Part shown: piece by piece, positions 1 to 12,581 of the stretch | Layout of the letters: the number at the start of each line of letters is the position of its first letter | Numbering within the stretch: position 1 is the stretch's first letter | Source of the DNA: Lepidodermella squamata | Lineage: Eukaryota > Animalia > Gastrotricha | Reading direction: 5' to 3' | NCBI GenBank assembly: GCA_047495785.1 | Contig: JBLDXI010000031.1 | Span: forward strand, 682,001 to 746,000 | Length of the DNA stretch: 64,000 nt | The notes under the pieces: model-generated | The model's input: only the letters and a program-made list of their open reading frames with translations | Told to the model about the DNA's origin: nothing | Database searches by the model: none | Program-made: the position numbers and the translations under genes

Positions 1-715
1 GTCGTTGATCGAGAATGGCTGATGAACGACAACGGCTGGATGATAGCGAATGGAAATGCTAAGCCTATTTCTAATGCCAGACTTCTTGTTGATTACGACG
101 GAGTGCCTACAGCTCTGGATTACAGGATTCTTTACACTGATTACCAAAGTATAGCTGTAGTGTATGGCGAGGTCACTTCATATGACGACAAAGTTACGAA
201 ATATGCGAGAATTCTTGCGAGATACCCTGATCCGGATGAAGCGACGATTCAACGAGCTTTTGCTATCATTTTCTCGAGGACTTTGTTGACGAGGAATAAT
301 TTCGTGAAAATCAGGCATGGAGTTCGAGGGACTATCATTACAACCACTCAAAATCCTGATTATCCGTTAGCTGAGATTGAAGCTACCACCAGTAAGCCGA
401 TGAGCTCAGGCCCGAATGTTGACTTCGAGAATCTTTTCCATGCTGAGACAACTGAGCGGAGTGAGTTGACCAGATGTTAACGAAATTTCTTTGATTTTGC
501 ATTATTTTTTAGTTACTACGACATCTGACAAGTCTTGGAAGTGCGCCTACAGGCCCCCGGAAAGCTCTTGCATGTTCCTTGGCCGATTTATTGTCTTCAA
601 CAGTGAGGATCAACTATGCGTTATTCAAACATCGGGATGCAGTATGACCGATGTCCAGCGGCATGCTTTCACTTCTTGGGACGAATGTCAAGAAACTTGT
701 GTTGCAGCGCCATAG
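1..715 (+). CDS. Lipocalin (5'-partial) fused via Thr-rich linker to a C-terminal Kunitz-like domain; exons <1..460, 513..715
   Basis: Frame open from base 1; lipocalin SCR2 DYRILYTDY and SCR3 RILAR; phase-1 intron gtgagt(461)..ag(512) joins ORF 22..480 to ORF 491..715, which has 6 Cys spaced C-x8-C-x15-C-x6-C-x15-C-x3-C with GC and F-x4-ECxxxC. Confidence 0.8.
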
Positions 716-1412
716 AAACATTTTACATGAGATTGTTTGAGCATGAAATTGGAATAAAATACTGAATTTGAATTCGTATTGCGGCGAACCAGCCCTTGAC
801 ACTTCTTCATTTGCAGAATATGTCCTATGAGACAAGTGTTAGCAAATTAAACAATGGAAAAATATAGGAGCGACAATTCAGCAAGGACAATCGAGCTGGG
901 AACTCTTCCGAAACCTACTAATCCACAAACCTTAGCTTGAATCTTATCAAATTCAGAGGAAATGTAAATCTTCTGCTGGAATGTCGCTTGCTGAACTGTC
1001 GGGATAAGAAAATTCTCGAAATAGCTGTTTGATTGCGTGATCTCAGAATTTTCACTTTTGTGCATTTTTGCCCAGCCTGATTATTGGCAACCTCAATTTT
1101 GACCGGCTATCTTCACGTTTTTAGGCGCCTGCTGCCGCGTATTTATCACCTCTTGAGATTTGACACTAAAAACACACGAGCACAAACAAGGGATTCTTGT
1201 TACAGGTGCGCGTTTCGGCTAGGTGTTAAGCCGCTTTACTTGCCAAGATTTTAGCTCAGCTACCAGCACTGCGTCATGATTATTAGGCGTTCGAGCGCAC
1301 CTACGACAAGTAATCTCCGGCTCACAGCAACCTGCTATAGCTGCTCATCAGTTTACAGCCGACAGTTTTCTTCTCGAGCCCTTGCCATTTCTTCTCGTAT
1401 TTTCGACTTCAC

Positions 1413-1420
1413 TATAAATA
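1413..1420 (+). promoter_or_regulatory. Probable TATA box of the lipocalin gene at 1460
   Basis: TATAAATA about 40 nt upstream of the ATG. Confidence 0.45.
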
Positions 1421-1459
1421 CACTGCTGTTTAACCACAAACATATTTTTTAATAGAAAG

Positions 1460-2281
1460 ATGTATACTGTGTTAGTTCTAGCGATTCTACCCTTAGCTTT
1501 AGCTCAGGTATGATCGATCAATTTTCCCTGAATTTTAATGATTTTCTGGGATTAACAGGAAGTCCCTGGCGTCGCAGATTTCGACGTCTCGCAATATGTC
1601 GGCTTATGGTACGAAGTCTACAAAACAAGGGGCATGCCATTTCAATCTGATGCGGCAACCGACGTGACAGCTCAATACACGAAGAACGAAAACGGAACTG
1701 TAACAGTCCTCAACAAGGAATGGCGGCCCTGGGAAAGCCGTTGGAGCTCAATGACCGGCCTCGCTACGCCTAACGCAACCGAATCTGGCGTATTCTCAGT
1801 CCAATTCCCTGGCAATCCAGTACCAGGAGATTACCGAGTCATTTCCACTGATTATTCAACGTATTCGATTGTATACAGCGTTAAGCGATACTGCTGGATC
1901 TTGTCACGTTTCACTAATATGACTGACGCTTTCGCTGCGACGTTGTTCGCGTTCATTCGAGAGAAGACCGATTTGAGGCCGTATCAATTCTTGAAGACGG
2001 CGCACGGTGTTTGGAACGTGAATACGCCTGAGAAACCGGTGACTGTTCCGGTGTTTCAGCCAGTGCTGCAGCCTCAGCCAACTCCGCCTCAGCCCATCTG
2101 GAACCCGCAGCCGCCGACGCAGGCGCAACCGCAGACGTTCCCGTTTTTCTGGCCGTTTAACAACAACAATAATCAGAATAGCAATAGCAATACTAACAAT
2201 AACAACAACTTCTTCAATCAAATGCCACCGCTGGCTTTGCCGAGCTTTGGCAACTTCCAGAATTTGCCATTGTTTGGCTGA
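1460..2281 (+). CDS. Secreted lipocalin with P/Q/N-rich aromatic tail; exons 1460..1507, 1559..2281
   Basis: Signal peptide MYTVLVLAILPLALAQ, phase-0 intron, DFDVSQYVGLWYEV (SCR1 GxW), DYRVISTDY, CWILSR; tail with FFWPF, poly-Asn, ending LPSFGNFQNLPLFG. Confidence 0.9.
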
Positions 2282-3290
2282 TAGCTGATAGCTGAATGCT
2301 GTTTTCTCCCTTGCACTGCCTAAAGTCTAGTAAATATCATTGAACACAGTTATTTTGAATTGAACTAAGCAGAGCTTATTCGCAGATATATTTCGAAGTA
2401 AAACTTGGTCTGAAAAGTGATGGATTGTCTCTTATGAATGGGTCATTGAAGAATACTGAAGTAGGAAAGGCTTCAAGAAACGAAATCGATAAGGAAACGA
2501 AGTCTTCGATCGTTGTTTGCCGCTTCAAATTTCTCTCTGGATGAAAGAAATTCGTCTTGAAGAAATTGGGACCACGGCTTGTTGATATAAATCGCAAAGG
2601 TTATTCTTGATCACCGGAACTAAGCAATCAAGTCAACGTCTAAAATTGATACCAGAATCCGAAACCAATTCGTCAATTTTTCACAGAGGCTCGGTTACAT
2701 ATCAATGCATTTCGAATGAAGAGCAGACGAGGCAGCAGTTATTTCTAGAGAAATCTCCGATAATCAAATAGGTCAAAGACTACCTTGAGCATATGAAAGC
2801 TGCAGGCTGCAGTAGAAAAGGAACATTTTCTAGTCAGTATGAAGCGAACAATGATCGTTCGTAAAGTTACCAGCGGCTAATTCACGAGCGTGCTCAGATC
2901 AGTAACGGCGCGCAGCATGCCTATGGACTCTTTATTTTTCTGATGTAGCCAACCCACGTGATGACCATAGCTTTGTGACTTAGCGGCCAATTATCATACC
3001 GTTTGGCCTTATGATTTAGATTTATTGAATTTCAACTCGTTTTTTCACCCCGGTAGGTCATGCAGCGACGGGCTTGCTCACCGAATGCCCGCATTGAGGC
3101 GGCCGGCGCGCGGCTTAGGCAAAGCCGTTGGGGAGCCGTGTGCTGGACGCCGGTTCAGATAATCCGCAGATTAAGCGCGGCTTTATCATCGAGCGAAAAA
3201 CACTCGCGACGCAAGCTCGAAGCACCTGCAACCTTTCTCCCTCAGCATTCGCGTTTTTTTGGATAGTTGGTAACTAGGAGGCATCGAAAC

Positions 3291-4256
3291 ATGAATTACC
3301 TGGTGATTCTCGCAATCTTACCTGCAGTCGCTCTTGCTCAGGTCTGAAGGAAACCCCCAATCGAACCTAAAAATCTATTGATTTCTCGTTTTAAATAGGA
3401 TACCCAGACGTCCGTCGATCTCTCCCAGATTATTGGCCTTTGGTATGATATCTACCATCTGAAGGACACCCCAGGCCAGGTTGACTCGTCGACTGACGCC
3501 ACGGTTGAGTACAGAGACAACGGCAACGGCACCTGGACCATCACGTCTAAGGACTGGCGCCCGTGGGAGCGTCGCTGGAACGTGATTTCAGGCCAGGGCC
3601 TGCCCAACCCGAGCGAGGGAGGTGTCTACTACGTCAACTATGCCGGCAACGCGAAGCCTATTGAAATGCGAATTCTCCGCACTGACTACACCAGCTACTT
3701 GATCGTCTACAGCCCGGTGGGCCCGTACTGCTGGATCTACGCCCGCCAGGCTTCAATGACCGATGCCGACGCAGCCTCTTTCCTCGCTTTCATCCGCGAG
3801 AAGACCGACCTGCGCCCGTACCAGTTCGTCAAGACTGCCCATGGCGTTTGGAATGTCAACATCCCCAATGCTGACGATCAAAAACCTGCTCCCCAGAATG
3901 TCAACCCGATCCAGTGGGTTAATGTTCAAGTCCCGCAGCCCCAAGCCCCAGCGCCGTCCCCGCCACCAGTTGTCGCCCCGCCTCAGGTCGCGCCACAGCC
4001 TGCGCCTGCCCCTCAGCCCCAGGCCCTCCAGCCTCAGATGCCGGCCATCCCAGGTCTTCAATCCCTGTGGAACCCAACCAACCTCCGCCTGTGGCCTTTT
4101 GGTGATAACAACGCTGCCCTCCCCGGCTCTGTCCCTGCAACCAACCAGAATGCCAACCAGAATAACAACAACCAGAACAACAACGTTGCAAGGATCAACC
4201 CGATCCCATCTCTCCCGACCATTGGCAACTTTGGCGGCTGGCCTCTTAACGGCTAA
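3291..4256 (+). CDS. Secreted lipocalin with P/Q/N-rich tail; exons 3291..3341, 3399..4256
   Basis: Signal MNYLVILAILPAVALAQ, phase-0 intron, GLWYDIY, RTDY, CWIYAR; close paralog of the 1460 gene (FIREKTDLRPYQFxKTAHGVWNVN). Confidence 0.9.
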
Positions 4257-5246
4257 ATCATGGTTTTGGAGATGTAGAAAGAACATTAGTGTGCATTTTA
4301 GTTAGGGCCCGTCCTGTATGCTGTGCAGCTGATAACTGTCTATGTTCTTCTGAGGAGTTAGGTTCGAGAGACAAGAATAAAAATGATAAGTGTCATGTCG
4401 CTGAACTGAAAACGCTAATCAGGAAATGTTGCTTGATGTTCGCGGTTATCGGATAAAAGCTGAGAGTATTTTAGCTTCAAGCCACATAACATCGCATCAG
4501 GATGTGAGAAACAGTGAGCGAATTTTCATGGTTCAGTAATGATTTTCATCGGCATTCGCATGGAAATCTTTCGAAAAGAGACAAGATCAGGACATAATTT
4601 TTGGGCTTCGCTGAAAAAAGGAAGCGGTAAAGGGATTCCGCTATGCTGTTTCATGGGAATTTCAACGCTGCGAATTCACTATTACAACGGTGGCCAAAAA
4701 GGAATAAAGGAGGGATACTATTCTGCTACAAATCACACTTATCCTTTTTATTTATCACTCAGGCTTCTGATAGATCTGTATTTCTGCAATATTTAGAATA
4801 TTTTTGACATCCGAAATGAGCATTTATTCTCATACCGCCATAATGCTCACAAGCTATTTTGTCAGTCTAATGTTAATGCCAGTTCTCAGTGCTATACTAT
4901 TTAAACCAACGTAAAATATAATGCATTAGTCTGAGCTGTGGCAAAAGCTTGTTGACTCACTGCCGCGCATAAGTGTAAGGAAAAAACTCGCGGGTAAGTG
5001 CGTCACTAAACGTAGTTTTTTCCTGTTTATCGCCGAGTTTTCAGAAACGCGTCAAACGGCGCTTACATTGTTCAAACGATATGAACACTATTTTTTGCTA
5101 ATCAACAGCCTAAATTATGACGCTGACTGCCTAGGTCATCGGGCGGACACGTGGAAAAACATAAAAAAAATGGTTGAAAGTAGGTAAACAGACTGAAAAA
5201 AGCGAAACTGTGGTGATGAAACAGAAGGGCTGGCCAAGAATTTGTC

Positions 5247-5253
5247 TATAAAA
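5247..5253 (+). promoter_or_regulatory. Probable TATA box of the cathepsin gene
   Basis: TATAAAA about 90 nt upstream of ATG 5339. Confidence 0.4.
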
Positions 5254-5338
5254 GGTCGATATGAGAAATAGTCTATCCAACATCTGCACTCAAAGCTCGA
5301 ACTAAAGTTACAGTCCGAAGTTGAAATCTTTCTTCACA

Positions 5339-6465
5339 ATGTTTGCTATCTCATTCACTCTTGGCTTTGTCGCCATCTGTATTCATTCCTGCAGTAAGTT
5401 CAGAAGAATATTGAAAATTCAGTTTTCTTAATCGATCTTTCTTCATTAGTTTCTGCTCCGGCTGATGGCGACTGGAATAACTGGAAGGCGGGGAACTTGG
5501 TCTCCTACCCTAACCCGAATGAAGACCGCCTACGTGCCGATATCTTCAGCCAACGCAAGGCAAAGATCGAAAATCACAATTTAAAAGGCTCAGCGTCGTA
5601 CAAACTCGCTCTGAATCGTTTGGCTGATCAAACTGAGCAGGAACTGAAAATGCGACTCGGCGCTGTTGCTCCGACCGGACCGCTTGTTGGCGCCGTTACC
5701 ACGACCACAAAAAAAGCGACTACCATAACAGCGAAAGCGACCACTACAACGAAAGCCACTACTACGACAACGAAAGCTCCCACCACAACTACAACAACTG
5801 CTGCTCCTCTTGCTAGTCTAGACTGGAGAACAAGTGGCGTTGTAACTCCGGTTAAAGATCAAGGATCCTGTGGTTCTTGCTGGTCCTTCTCGTCAACCGG
5901 AGCTCTCGAGGGCCGTTACAAGCTGAAGTACGGCAACTTGGTCTCTCTTTCAGAGCAAAATCTCATGGATTGCTCGTACTCCTACGGTAATCAAGCTTGC
6001 AACGGCGGTTGGATGAATTCAGCATTCAGCTATGTTCAATCGGTCGGCGGCATCAATACAGAAACTGCCTATCCCTATAAAGCAGCTAGCAGCACAACTT
6101 GTTTATTCAACAACACTGCTTCGGCTAAATTCGCTTCAGTTTCATCGATTGTCAGCGTTGCAGCGACTGAGGCTGCTCTAATGCAGGCCCTTCAAACCGG
6201 CCCGGTCTCTGTCGCGATCTACGCTGGTCACGATTCATTTTGGTACTACTCAAGTGGCATCTATAATGATTTGAATTGCACGGCTAGCATCGACCATGCA
6301 GTTTTGGTTGTAGGCTATGGAACTGATGCTGCTACAAACACGAACTATTGGCTGGTCAAAAACAGCTGGGGCGCTTGGTGGGGCGAGCAGGGTTACATTC
6401 GCATGGCTCGCGGCTGGAATAACTGCGGAATTCTGAGCTACGCTAGCTATCCTGTGATTGCCTAA
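5339..6465 (+). CDS. Cathepsin L-like papain-family (C1A) cysteine protease with Thr/Lys-rich insert; exons 5339..5393, 5450..6465
   Basis: Signal peptide; I29 propeptide with ERFNIN-like and LNRLAD motifs; LDWR; catalytic QGSCGSCWSFS, DHAVLVVGYG, KNSWG. Confidence 0.93.
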
Positions 6466-6795
6466 AATGTGTGGATATCTTTAGAATTTTCAAATTATAC
6501 TTAACTTAATAAAATACTTGAATATTTATTTTAAGTTTTTTGAGCACTCTGGAATGTTAAAAGGGGCGCTATATGCACTATTTACCCCCACTTATTACAA
6601 TAACATATCATTATTTAGCCAACAGTTCACCGTCTTATTGACTTAGGTGGCAATTTATCACCGTTCATTGAGCCCTCTAATTTTATAAATAAAACAAAAC
6701 GCAAAAAATGCGCGAGCCGGTCAATGGCCGAACAAACGGGCCCTTTTGACCACCGCCCAGTACCCGCGTAAACAGCCAAGCCTTAGAGCGAAAAA

Positions 6796-7895
6796 ATGCG
6801 CCGAACTGCACTGCTGCTAATAGCGATAATTTGCCACAGCGTTGCGCCGCAATCGACCTACAACCAATTACCACTGCACACCGATTTTGATGCTTCTCGA
6901 TTTGTTGGCAAATGGTTTGAAATCTACAGGTCCATCACATCGCCCATTGAAATGGGGACTGATGTTTCGATAAACGTAATTCTGAATGGGGACGATAGCC
7001 TCGGCTTTTACAAGCAGGAATGGCTACCGCAGGAGAGGAAATGGCGGTTAGCTGTCGGTCAGGCCATGGTTCCTGAGCCGAGGGAGCCTGCGCAATGGTC
7101 GATCCGCTTTGTCAATTTCGGCCCATCTGCTGCAGTTGACCATCGAGTGCTTTTCACCGATTACCGGCAAATCGCAATTGTCTACGGCGAGGTAACAACT
7201 TCACGAGGATTGACGAAGTACGGTTGGATTTACAGCCGGTTGAAGACGCTGCCGAAGGATTTTATCGATTATGCGATTCAGTTGTTGGAGATTCGCGGGT
7301 TGGGTAAGGAACTAATGACTGCGGTTCCGCATGGCGTGGCGATGTTCTACGGAGGACCGATGGAGATTGCTCGACCGATTAGAAGAGCTAGTTGGCAGTG
7401 GACACCTACAACTTCTACTACTACAACTACTACCACGACTATGACTCCATATCTACCTGTACCAGTCTGGATACTACCTCGTAATAGCAACAAAAATGTT
7501 CATGCAAAAAGAAAAATATTAATTTTCTTAGCAAAATTGAATTCAGTATTACTAGGGTCGATTCATCCTTCCAATTTTTATCCAATTTACATTATCAATA
7601 ATAAATTTAATAAAAGTTTCCGGTTCCTCTCATTAAAAATTAAATTAACAAATCATCAAATTTAAAATTAAATTTAAGTAAAGATTTTGAAAAATCGCAA
7701 AAAATAAAAAAAGTTGAAATAACATTTTTTTGAAAATAATTAATCATTGGTTCATGCTTAAAATGCTATGATTATTATCAAACATAAGTTTAATTTCATA
7801 ATCAAATTACTTGAAATTTTCTACCGTGTCCTAGTTTATGTATTCTGAAAGCTTTTCTCTCTCTTTTGTTTAGGGCAGCAGCAACAAAGACCACT

Positions 7896-7928
<33 letters not shown>

Positions 7929-8064
7929 ACAGCAGAGACAGCAACTACAACAAAGACCACAGCCGCTAGGACAGTCGCCATTGTCTCCGATAAGCAGATC
8001 TGGCGTAGCCTGGTTTCCAAGCCTACTCGGCTCAAATTGGCCATTTACCAACATCATAGGCTAA
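6796..8064 (+). CDS. Secreted lipocalin with Thr-rich and polyQ tail; exons 6796..7480, 7874..8064
   Basis: Signal peptide, DFDASRFVGKWFEI, FTDY, GWIYSR; AT-rich phase-1 intron 7481..7873; last exon QQQQRPLQ(n)...AWFPSLLGSNWPFTNIIG*. Confidence 0.85.
7876..7953 (+). repeat. CAG/CAA polyglutamine coding repeat
   Basis: Interrupted (CAR)n tract in the last exon of the 6796 gene. Confidence 0.85.
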
Positions 8065-8355
8065 TAACGTTGTTTTTTTTTAAATCAGTGATACATCTTC
8101 AATAAACTGTCATCGTCGAAACTTCTCGCTTTCATTACTACGAACATGTATAATATTAGTTTATATGAATACACACACGCAATATCTGATAGCGATCAAG
8201 AAAAAAAGACTAAATTAACGCGCCTCGACGGCACCGCCGTAGAGTGTGAATGCATCAACTCGCTCGTGCCGCTCGTGCCGCCGCAACAACATATGTGAGA
8301 TGTCGAAAAAGCATCTTGTCGCTGCCCACTATTACTGCTAATACTACTCCAAAAC

Positions 8356-9219
8356 ATGTTGCCGGTGACCATTATTTGCGTAGCTATTTTAGCACCAGTT
8401 GCAGTCAACGCCCAGTCGACGTCGGGCGAAGCGCCGCTGCAGCCAGATTTCGACGCGCAACGGTTCGCCGGCACGTGGTATGGCATTTTCCGCAGTAAGG
8501 ACAACAAGATGTACGCTGGGACGGACCACTCGTCGACGTTTTCTGTCGTCATGGACGGGACAGTTCGCATTTTCAACTTCATGTGGCGGCCTGATTTGGC
8601 CAAATGGATCTACGTCTCCCAGGTAGGGACCGTTCCTAACCCAAGAGAACCGGCGCAATGGGAAATGCGATTCACGAACAACCCTAGGCTTGCGCCTCTT
8701 GATTTCCGAGTTTTAGCGACTGACTACACGGATTACGCGGTCATTTTCTCGGAAACAGTCCAGCCAACAGGGCTATCGAGAGATGGTTGGATCCTTAGTA
8801 GGACTAAGACCTTGCCCCAGGCAATTCTAGACTACGCTTTCGACCTACTGGAGCTTCGAGGCTTGAGTAAGGACTTTTTCGAAGCTGTAAGACATGGAGT
8901 TGCCCCGAATAATGGATTTGTGGTCGAGAGACCTCAATCTATAACCGTCCAAGTCCCGGTTCAGGTGGTCACGCGGCCAATCGTAATGCAGACACCACGG
9001 CCACTCCTTAGAGCCACGACTACAACAAGGCGGCCGAATCCTTTGATGATGTTCCCTTCCTTGGGCTTCTCAGACCCTTGGCCAGCGGTTCCTCAGTTGA
9101 ATTTCCAACTGCCCGGCCTGCAGAGTGGTCTTTTGTGGGGGGATTTGTTTAACAACAACAATCAACAACAAAGGTATGGCCAGCAGCGACAGCAGCCGCA
9201 ACAGGGCTGGGGCTTTTAA
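8356..9219 (+). CDS. Secreted lipocalin with T/P/Q-rich tail (single exon)
   Basis: Signal peptide, DFDAQRFAGTWY, LATDY, GWILSR; tail ends QQPQQGWGF. Confidence 0.92.
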   Translation: MLPVTIICVAILAPVAVNAQSTSGEAPLQPDFDAQRFAGTWYGIFRSKDNKMYAGTDHSSTFSVVMDGTVRIFNFMWRPDLAKWIYVSQVGTVPNPREPAQWEMRFTNNPRLAPLDFRVLATDYTDYAVIFSETVQPTGLSRDGWILSRTKTLPQAILDYAFDLLELRGLSKDFFEAVRHGVAPNNGFVVERPQSITVQVPVQVVTRPIVMQTPRPLLRATTTTRRPNPLMMFPSLGFSDPWPAVPQLNFQLPGLQSGLLWGDLFNNNNQQQRYGQQRQQPQQGWGF

Positions 9220-9478
9220 TCTCTTCCACCACTTGACTACAACACATGCTTAATGTGTGTTATAAATCCCCTTATGTTTTTCAGCTAACACAAGTGCATT
9301 TGATACTTAAAACAATAACAATAAAACAGTGAGCTTTGGCCGCACGAGATTGTTGTTACAGACTGGTGGGGGTGAAAAAGCACAACATTTTTTGTGTTCT
9401 GCCGGCGGCGCCAGCTCATTTATTACGTCTGGGCGATAAAGTGTAGGTTTAATTAGATTTTTTTCGCGCTCAGGAATT

Positions 9479-10228
9479 ATGCCGCTATTTAGCCTGATAA
9501 CCTTGTTCAGCTTGCTTTACCTGCAAGCGAATGGCCAATCTTCGCAAGGCCAGTTACCGTTACAGCCTGATTTCAATCTCAATCGATTCGTTGGAACTTG
9601 GTACGCCCTGTTCCGCCTTCGGGACAATCAAATAGTGCTTGGGACCGATGTGATTTCGCAATTCACCGGGCTTAATGACGGATCGTTAGCTGTTTATCAA
9701 ATCGAATGGAGACGGCTGGAGAACAAATGGCGCTACACAGCGCAGAGGGCTACGGTCGACAATCCCCGGGAGCCAGCTTTATGGATGCTGACCATGCCAG
9801 AATCTACTTCATCCCCTCCGAGTACCTATCGAATCTTAGCGACTGACTATATCAGTTACGCAGTGATTTATGTGGAAATGGGCCAACAAAAGGGTGGTTT
9901 CATTCTTTCGCGATCGAGGACCCTTCCCCAGCAGGTCATCGACTACGGTTTTGCTATTCTGGCTATGCGAGGTGTTACCCGAGACAGCTTCGAAACTGTG
10001 ACCCACGGCGTTGCGCCAACTGTCGGCTACATAGAGCCAGTCGATAATCCAGTGCCAACTACGACAACTACCACGACTAGAGCGCCGTTCATCGCGTATC
10101 GGCCAATGAATAGGAGATTGCCTGTTCCGGTGCGACGGGAACCTGAGTCGAATGCCATTGACGCTGGTATGCTGTGGGGAGTGCCTATGACCAACGCGCA
10201 AGCGGCTAAGCTTGCGTTGGCTCAATAA
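9479..10228 (+). CDS. Secreted lipocalin with Thr-rich tail (single exon)
   Basis: Signal peptide, DFNLNRFVGTWY, LATDY, GFILSR. Confidence 0.92.
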   Translation: MPLFSLITLFSLLYLQANGQSSQGQLPLQPDFNLNRFVGTWYALFRLRDNQIVLGTDVISQFTGLNDGSLAVYQIEWRRLENKWRYTAQRATVDNPREPALWMLTMPESTSSPPSTYRILATDYISYAVIYVEMGQQKGGFILSRSRTLPQQVIDYGFAILAMRGVTRDSFETVTHGVAPTVGYIEPVDNPVPTTTTTTTRAPFIAYRPMNRRLPVPVRREPESNAIDAGMLWGVPMTNAQAAKLALAQ

Positions 10229-10660
10229 TAACCTTTATATTCTTGTTACCTTCACCTTCAATTTTTCATGGCAAGCTAAAAATGCAATAAAATATATGCG
10301 CATTTCCACTCAGAGTTTTGAATCAAAAGCGATTGAGTGCCAAAAGCTGGGTTTACCATTACCGAATCTGTGCCAGAAAAATATCGTAGACTGATAAGCT
10401 TTATGAAGCGTGTATCATGCGCGTTAAATTGAAATGTAAGCTTCGACTTTAAATGATGGACTCGTGTTGATGTTTTTCTGGCCAGACGAAAGCGGCCAGC
10501 GCGTGTTGATGATAAAAAAACACAGTGCCTAATTGCCGTTCGCACGCCATCCATCACTGACCACCTAATGATAATAGCGGTCTCGCGCCCCAGACTTGAG
10601 AAAACTCATCATCTCAAGAGACTGACTGTGTTATGAGCTCATACGTGATATTTGATACAA

Positions 10661-11524
10661 ATGCTGATACGTATTGCTATCGTTGCAAGTTTCGCCTGCC
10701 ACCTCGTCGCCGGCCAGGTGTTGTCACGCGAGCTACCTCTACAGGCTAATTTTGATGTGAATCAATACACGGGCACTTGGTATACAATCTACCGACTAAA
10801 GGGCGATCCTAACGAGTACGGAACTGACACATCGGCTACGTACAGCCTCAACGATGATAGATCCATTCTCATGTACAAGATGGAGTGGCGGCCGTATGAG
10901 AATAAATGGGTCTTTCTAGGCCAGAAAGCTACCGTGCCGAGGCGGAGGGAGCCAGCGCAATGGAAATGCGTCATTCTCGGAACAGACCTGCCCCCAGAGG
11001 ATTACCGGGTCCTCGCGACCGACTACACGAATTATGCCGTGGTCTTCTCGAAGAATCAACTGCCCGATGGCTCCATTACTAGAGATGGAGTTGTTCTCAG
11101 CCGGACTAAGACTCTAACGCCGTACCTTGTCGACTATGCGTTCAGACTTTTGGACTTGAGAGGTCTAAAGCGGGAGTGGTTTGAGCCGGTTCTACATGGA
11201 GTCGCGGCGCGAGCGACTACAACTCAACGCCCGACTACGACGACTACGACACGGCCAACTACCATGAGGACTACTACGAACTTACCGCCGAGGTTTTACC
11301 CGAATTTTCTAGCCGATGCACCGACGTACCCAATGAGGCCTGTGAATAATTATGTGGAGACGCCGAATTACTACAACCCAAGGCAGCAGCCGTATGGCCA
11401 GCCGAGGTCTCAGTATCAAAGTCCGGCAGTGCAATATGATTTGCCGAGCTGGGGTTTCGGAATGCCGCTTGGTTATCCTGGGCAGAATCAAGATCGAGGA
11501 TACGGCGGTGCGTGGGGGCGCTAA
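10661..11524 (+). CDS. Secreted lipocalin with T-rich and Y/G/Q/P-rich tail (single exon)
   Basis: First ATG at 10661; NFDVNQYTGTWY, LATDY, VVLSR; tail ends GYGGAWGR. Confidence 0.92.
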   Translation: MLIRIAIVASFACHLVAGQVLSRELPLQANFDVNQYTGTWYTIYRLKGDPNEYGTDTSATYSLNDDRSILMYKMEWRPYENKWVFLGQKATVPRRREPAQWKCVILGTDLPPEDYRVLATDYTNYAVVFSKNQLPDGSITRDGVVLSRTKTLTPYLVDYAFRLLDLRGLKREWFEPVLHGVAARATTTQRPTTTTTTRPTTMRTTTNLPPRFYPNFLADAPTYPMRPVNNYVETPNYYNPRQQPYGQPRSQYQSPAVQYDLPSWGFGMPLGYPGQNQDRGYGGAWGR

Positions 11525-12581
11525 ATAGCCTTGACTGTTTTCATCTTTTCCACTTTTTTCATGGAGATTGTTACGCGTTGGCCTCATCGCTAATAAAAGA
11601 CTAATGATAACTAGCTAATAAACTAAAAGCGTGCCATTTGAGATGGTTAAAGCCTTGTTCTTGGGAAATGTGTATGACTGTGATTAAGGGAAAGATGGAA
11701 GACATTTAGACTGAAAACAAATTTTTTTGGAAAAAGGAAGTTTCCTGTTGTAATTCAGAAAGCCTTGAACTTGTTGGTAAGCTACGTAAGGTAGAGTTGG
11801 CAATGGCTTTTTCACGCCTCCTGGATTACAACAAATTATAAACTGCTATCTTATTTCAAAATTCCAGAAATTCCAAAATCCCGACAATGAGTTGGAAAAT
11901 ACATGTTTGAGAATTTCATTCGTGACTCAATTTAAATGAAATTAAAATTCCGGCAACATTCATTTTTGGAACCTTGCCAATTATGATTTGAAGCCAGAGA
12001 TGACCAAACTAAAGTCTGGAAGCTTCGATCAATTCATTTTGGTCAATTTTGAATTCAGTAGAGAGGGAATCTGTTTTTTTACGAGTTGACTATTCTGAGC
12101 TGCTGTAATTCATCCAGCCAGCTAATTATCGTTTTTTCGCGACGGCGGGCCACCTTAACGCTGTTAATTACATCTCGCTTACGTGGACTGATGTTATCGC
12201 ACATCTTAATGAGATTTTTCGTGAGGAGCAAACTGCTCGAAATAATCCTGGACTACAGATATACTCTACTCGGTTTTTTTTCCAGAATTTTCACCGTGAT
12301 TCACACTGCTTAGATAGTACAAGTCTGCGTCATATATTTTACATGTGTTGAAAGCTGTTGATTTGTTTTTCGCACGTCGACGCTTCCTCGCGTGTTCGTG
12401 TGTTTATGCCAATAAAAAACGACCGCGTTGAACCCGAGCTTTGGCACGTTCAACATCGACTAAGCAGCAAAAAAAAACGCAACTTGTCGACGATATTTAA
12501 ACGCCCGCGACCAACGTCGACAGGCAATTATTCCGTCGACACAAGTCTTTCTCGTCAATTTAGAAAACAACACCCACTGCC

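Noticed and set aside
2380-2880. Coding-like purine-rich stretch faintly resembling a LINE ORF1 fragment (SSIVVCRFKF...KKFVLKK)
   Set aside because: Multiple stops and too little similarity to call without a search
1904-4305. Antisense and alternative-frame ORFs over lipocalin tails (also at 15846, 16891, 21723, 27337, 30587)
   Set aside because: Shadows of low-complexity or repetitive sense-strand coding sequence; no independent motifs
7836-8057. Minus-strand ORF with a long poly-Cys run (metallothionein-like)
   Set aside because: It is the antisense reading of the CAG/CAA polyQ exon of the 6796 lipocalin
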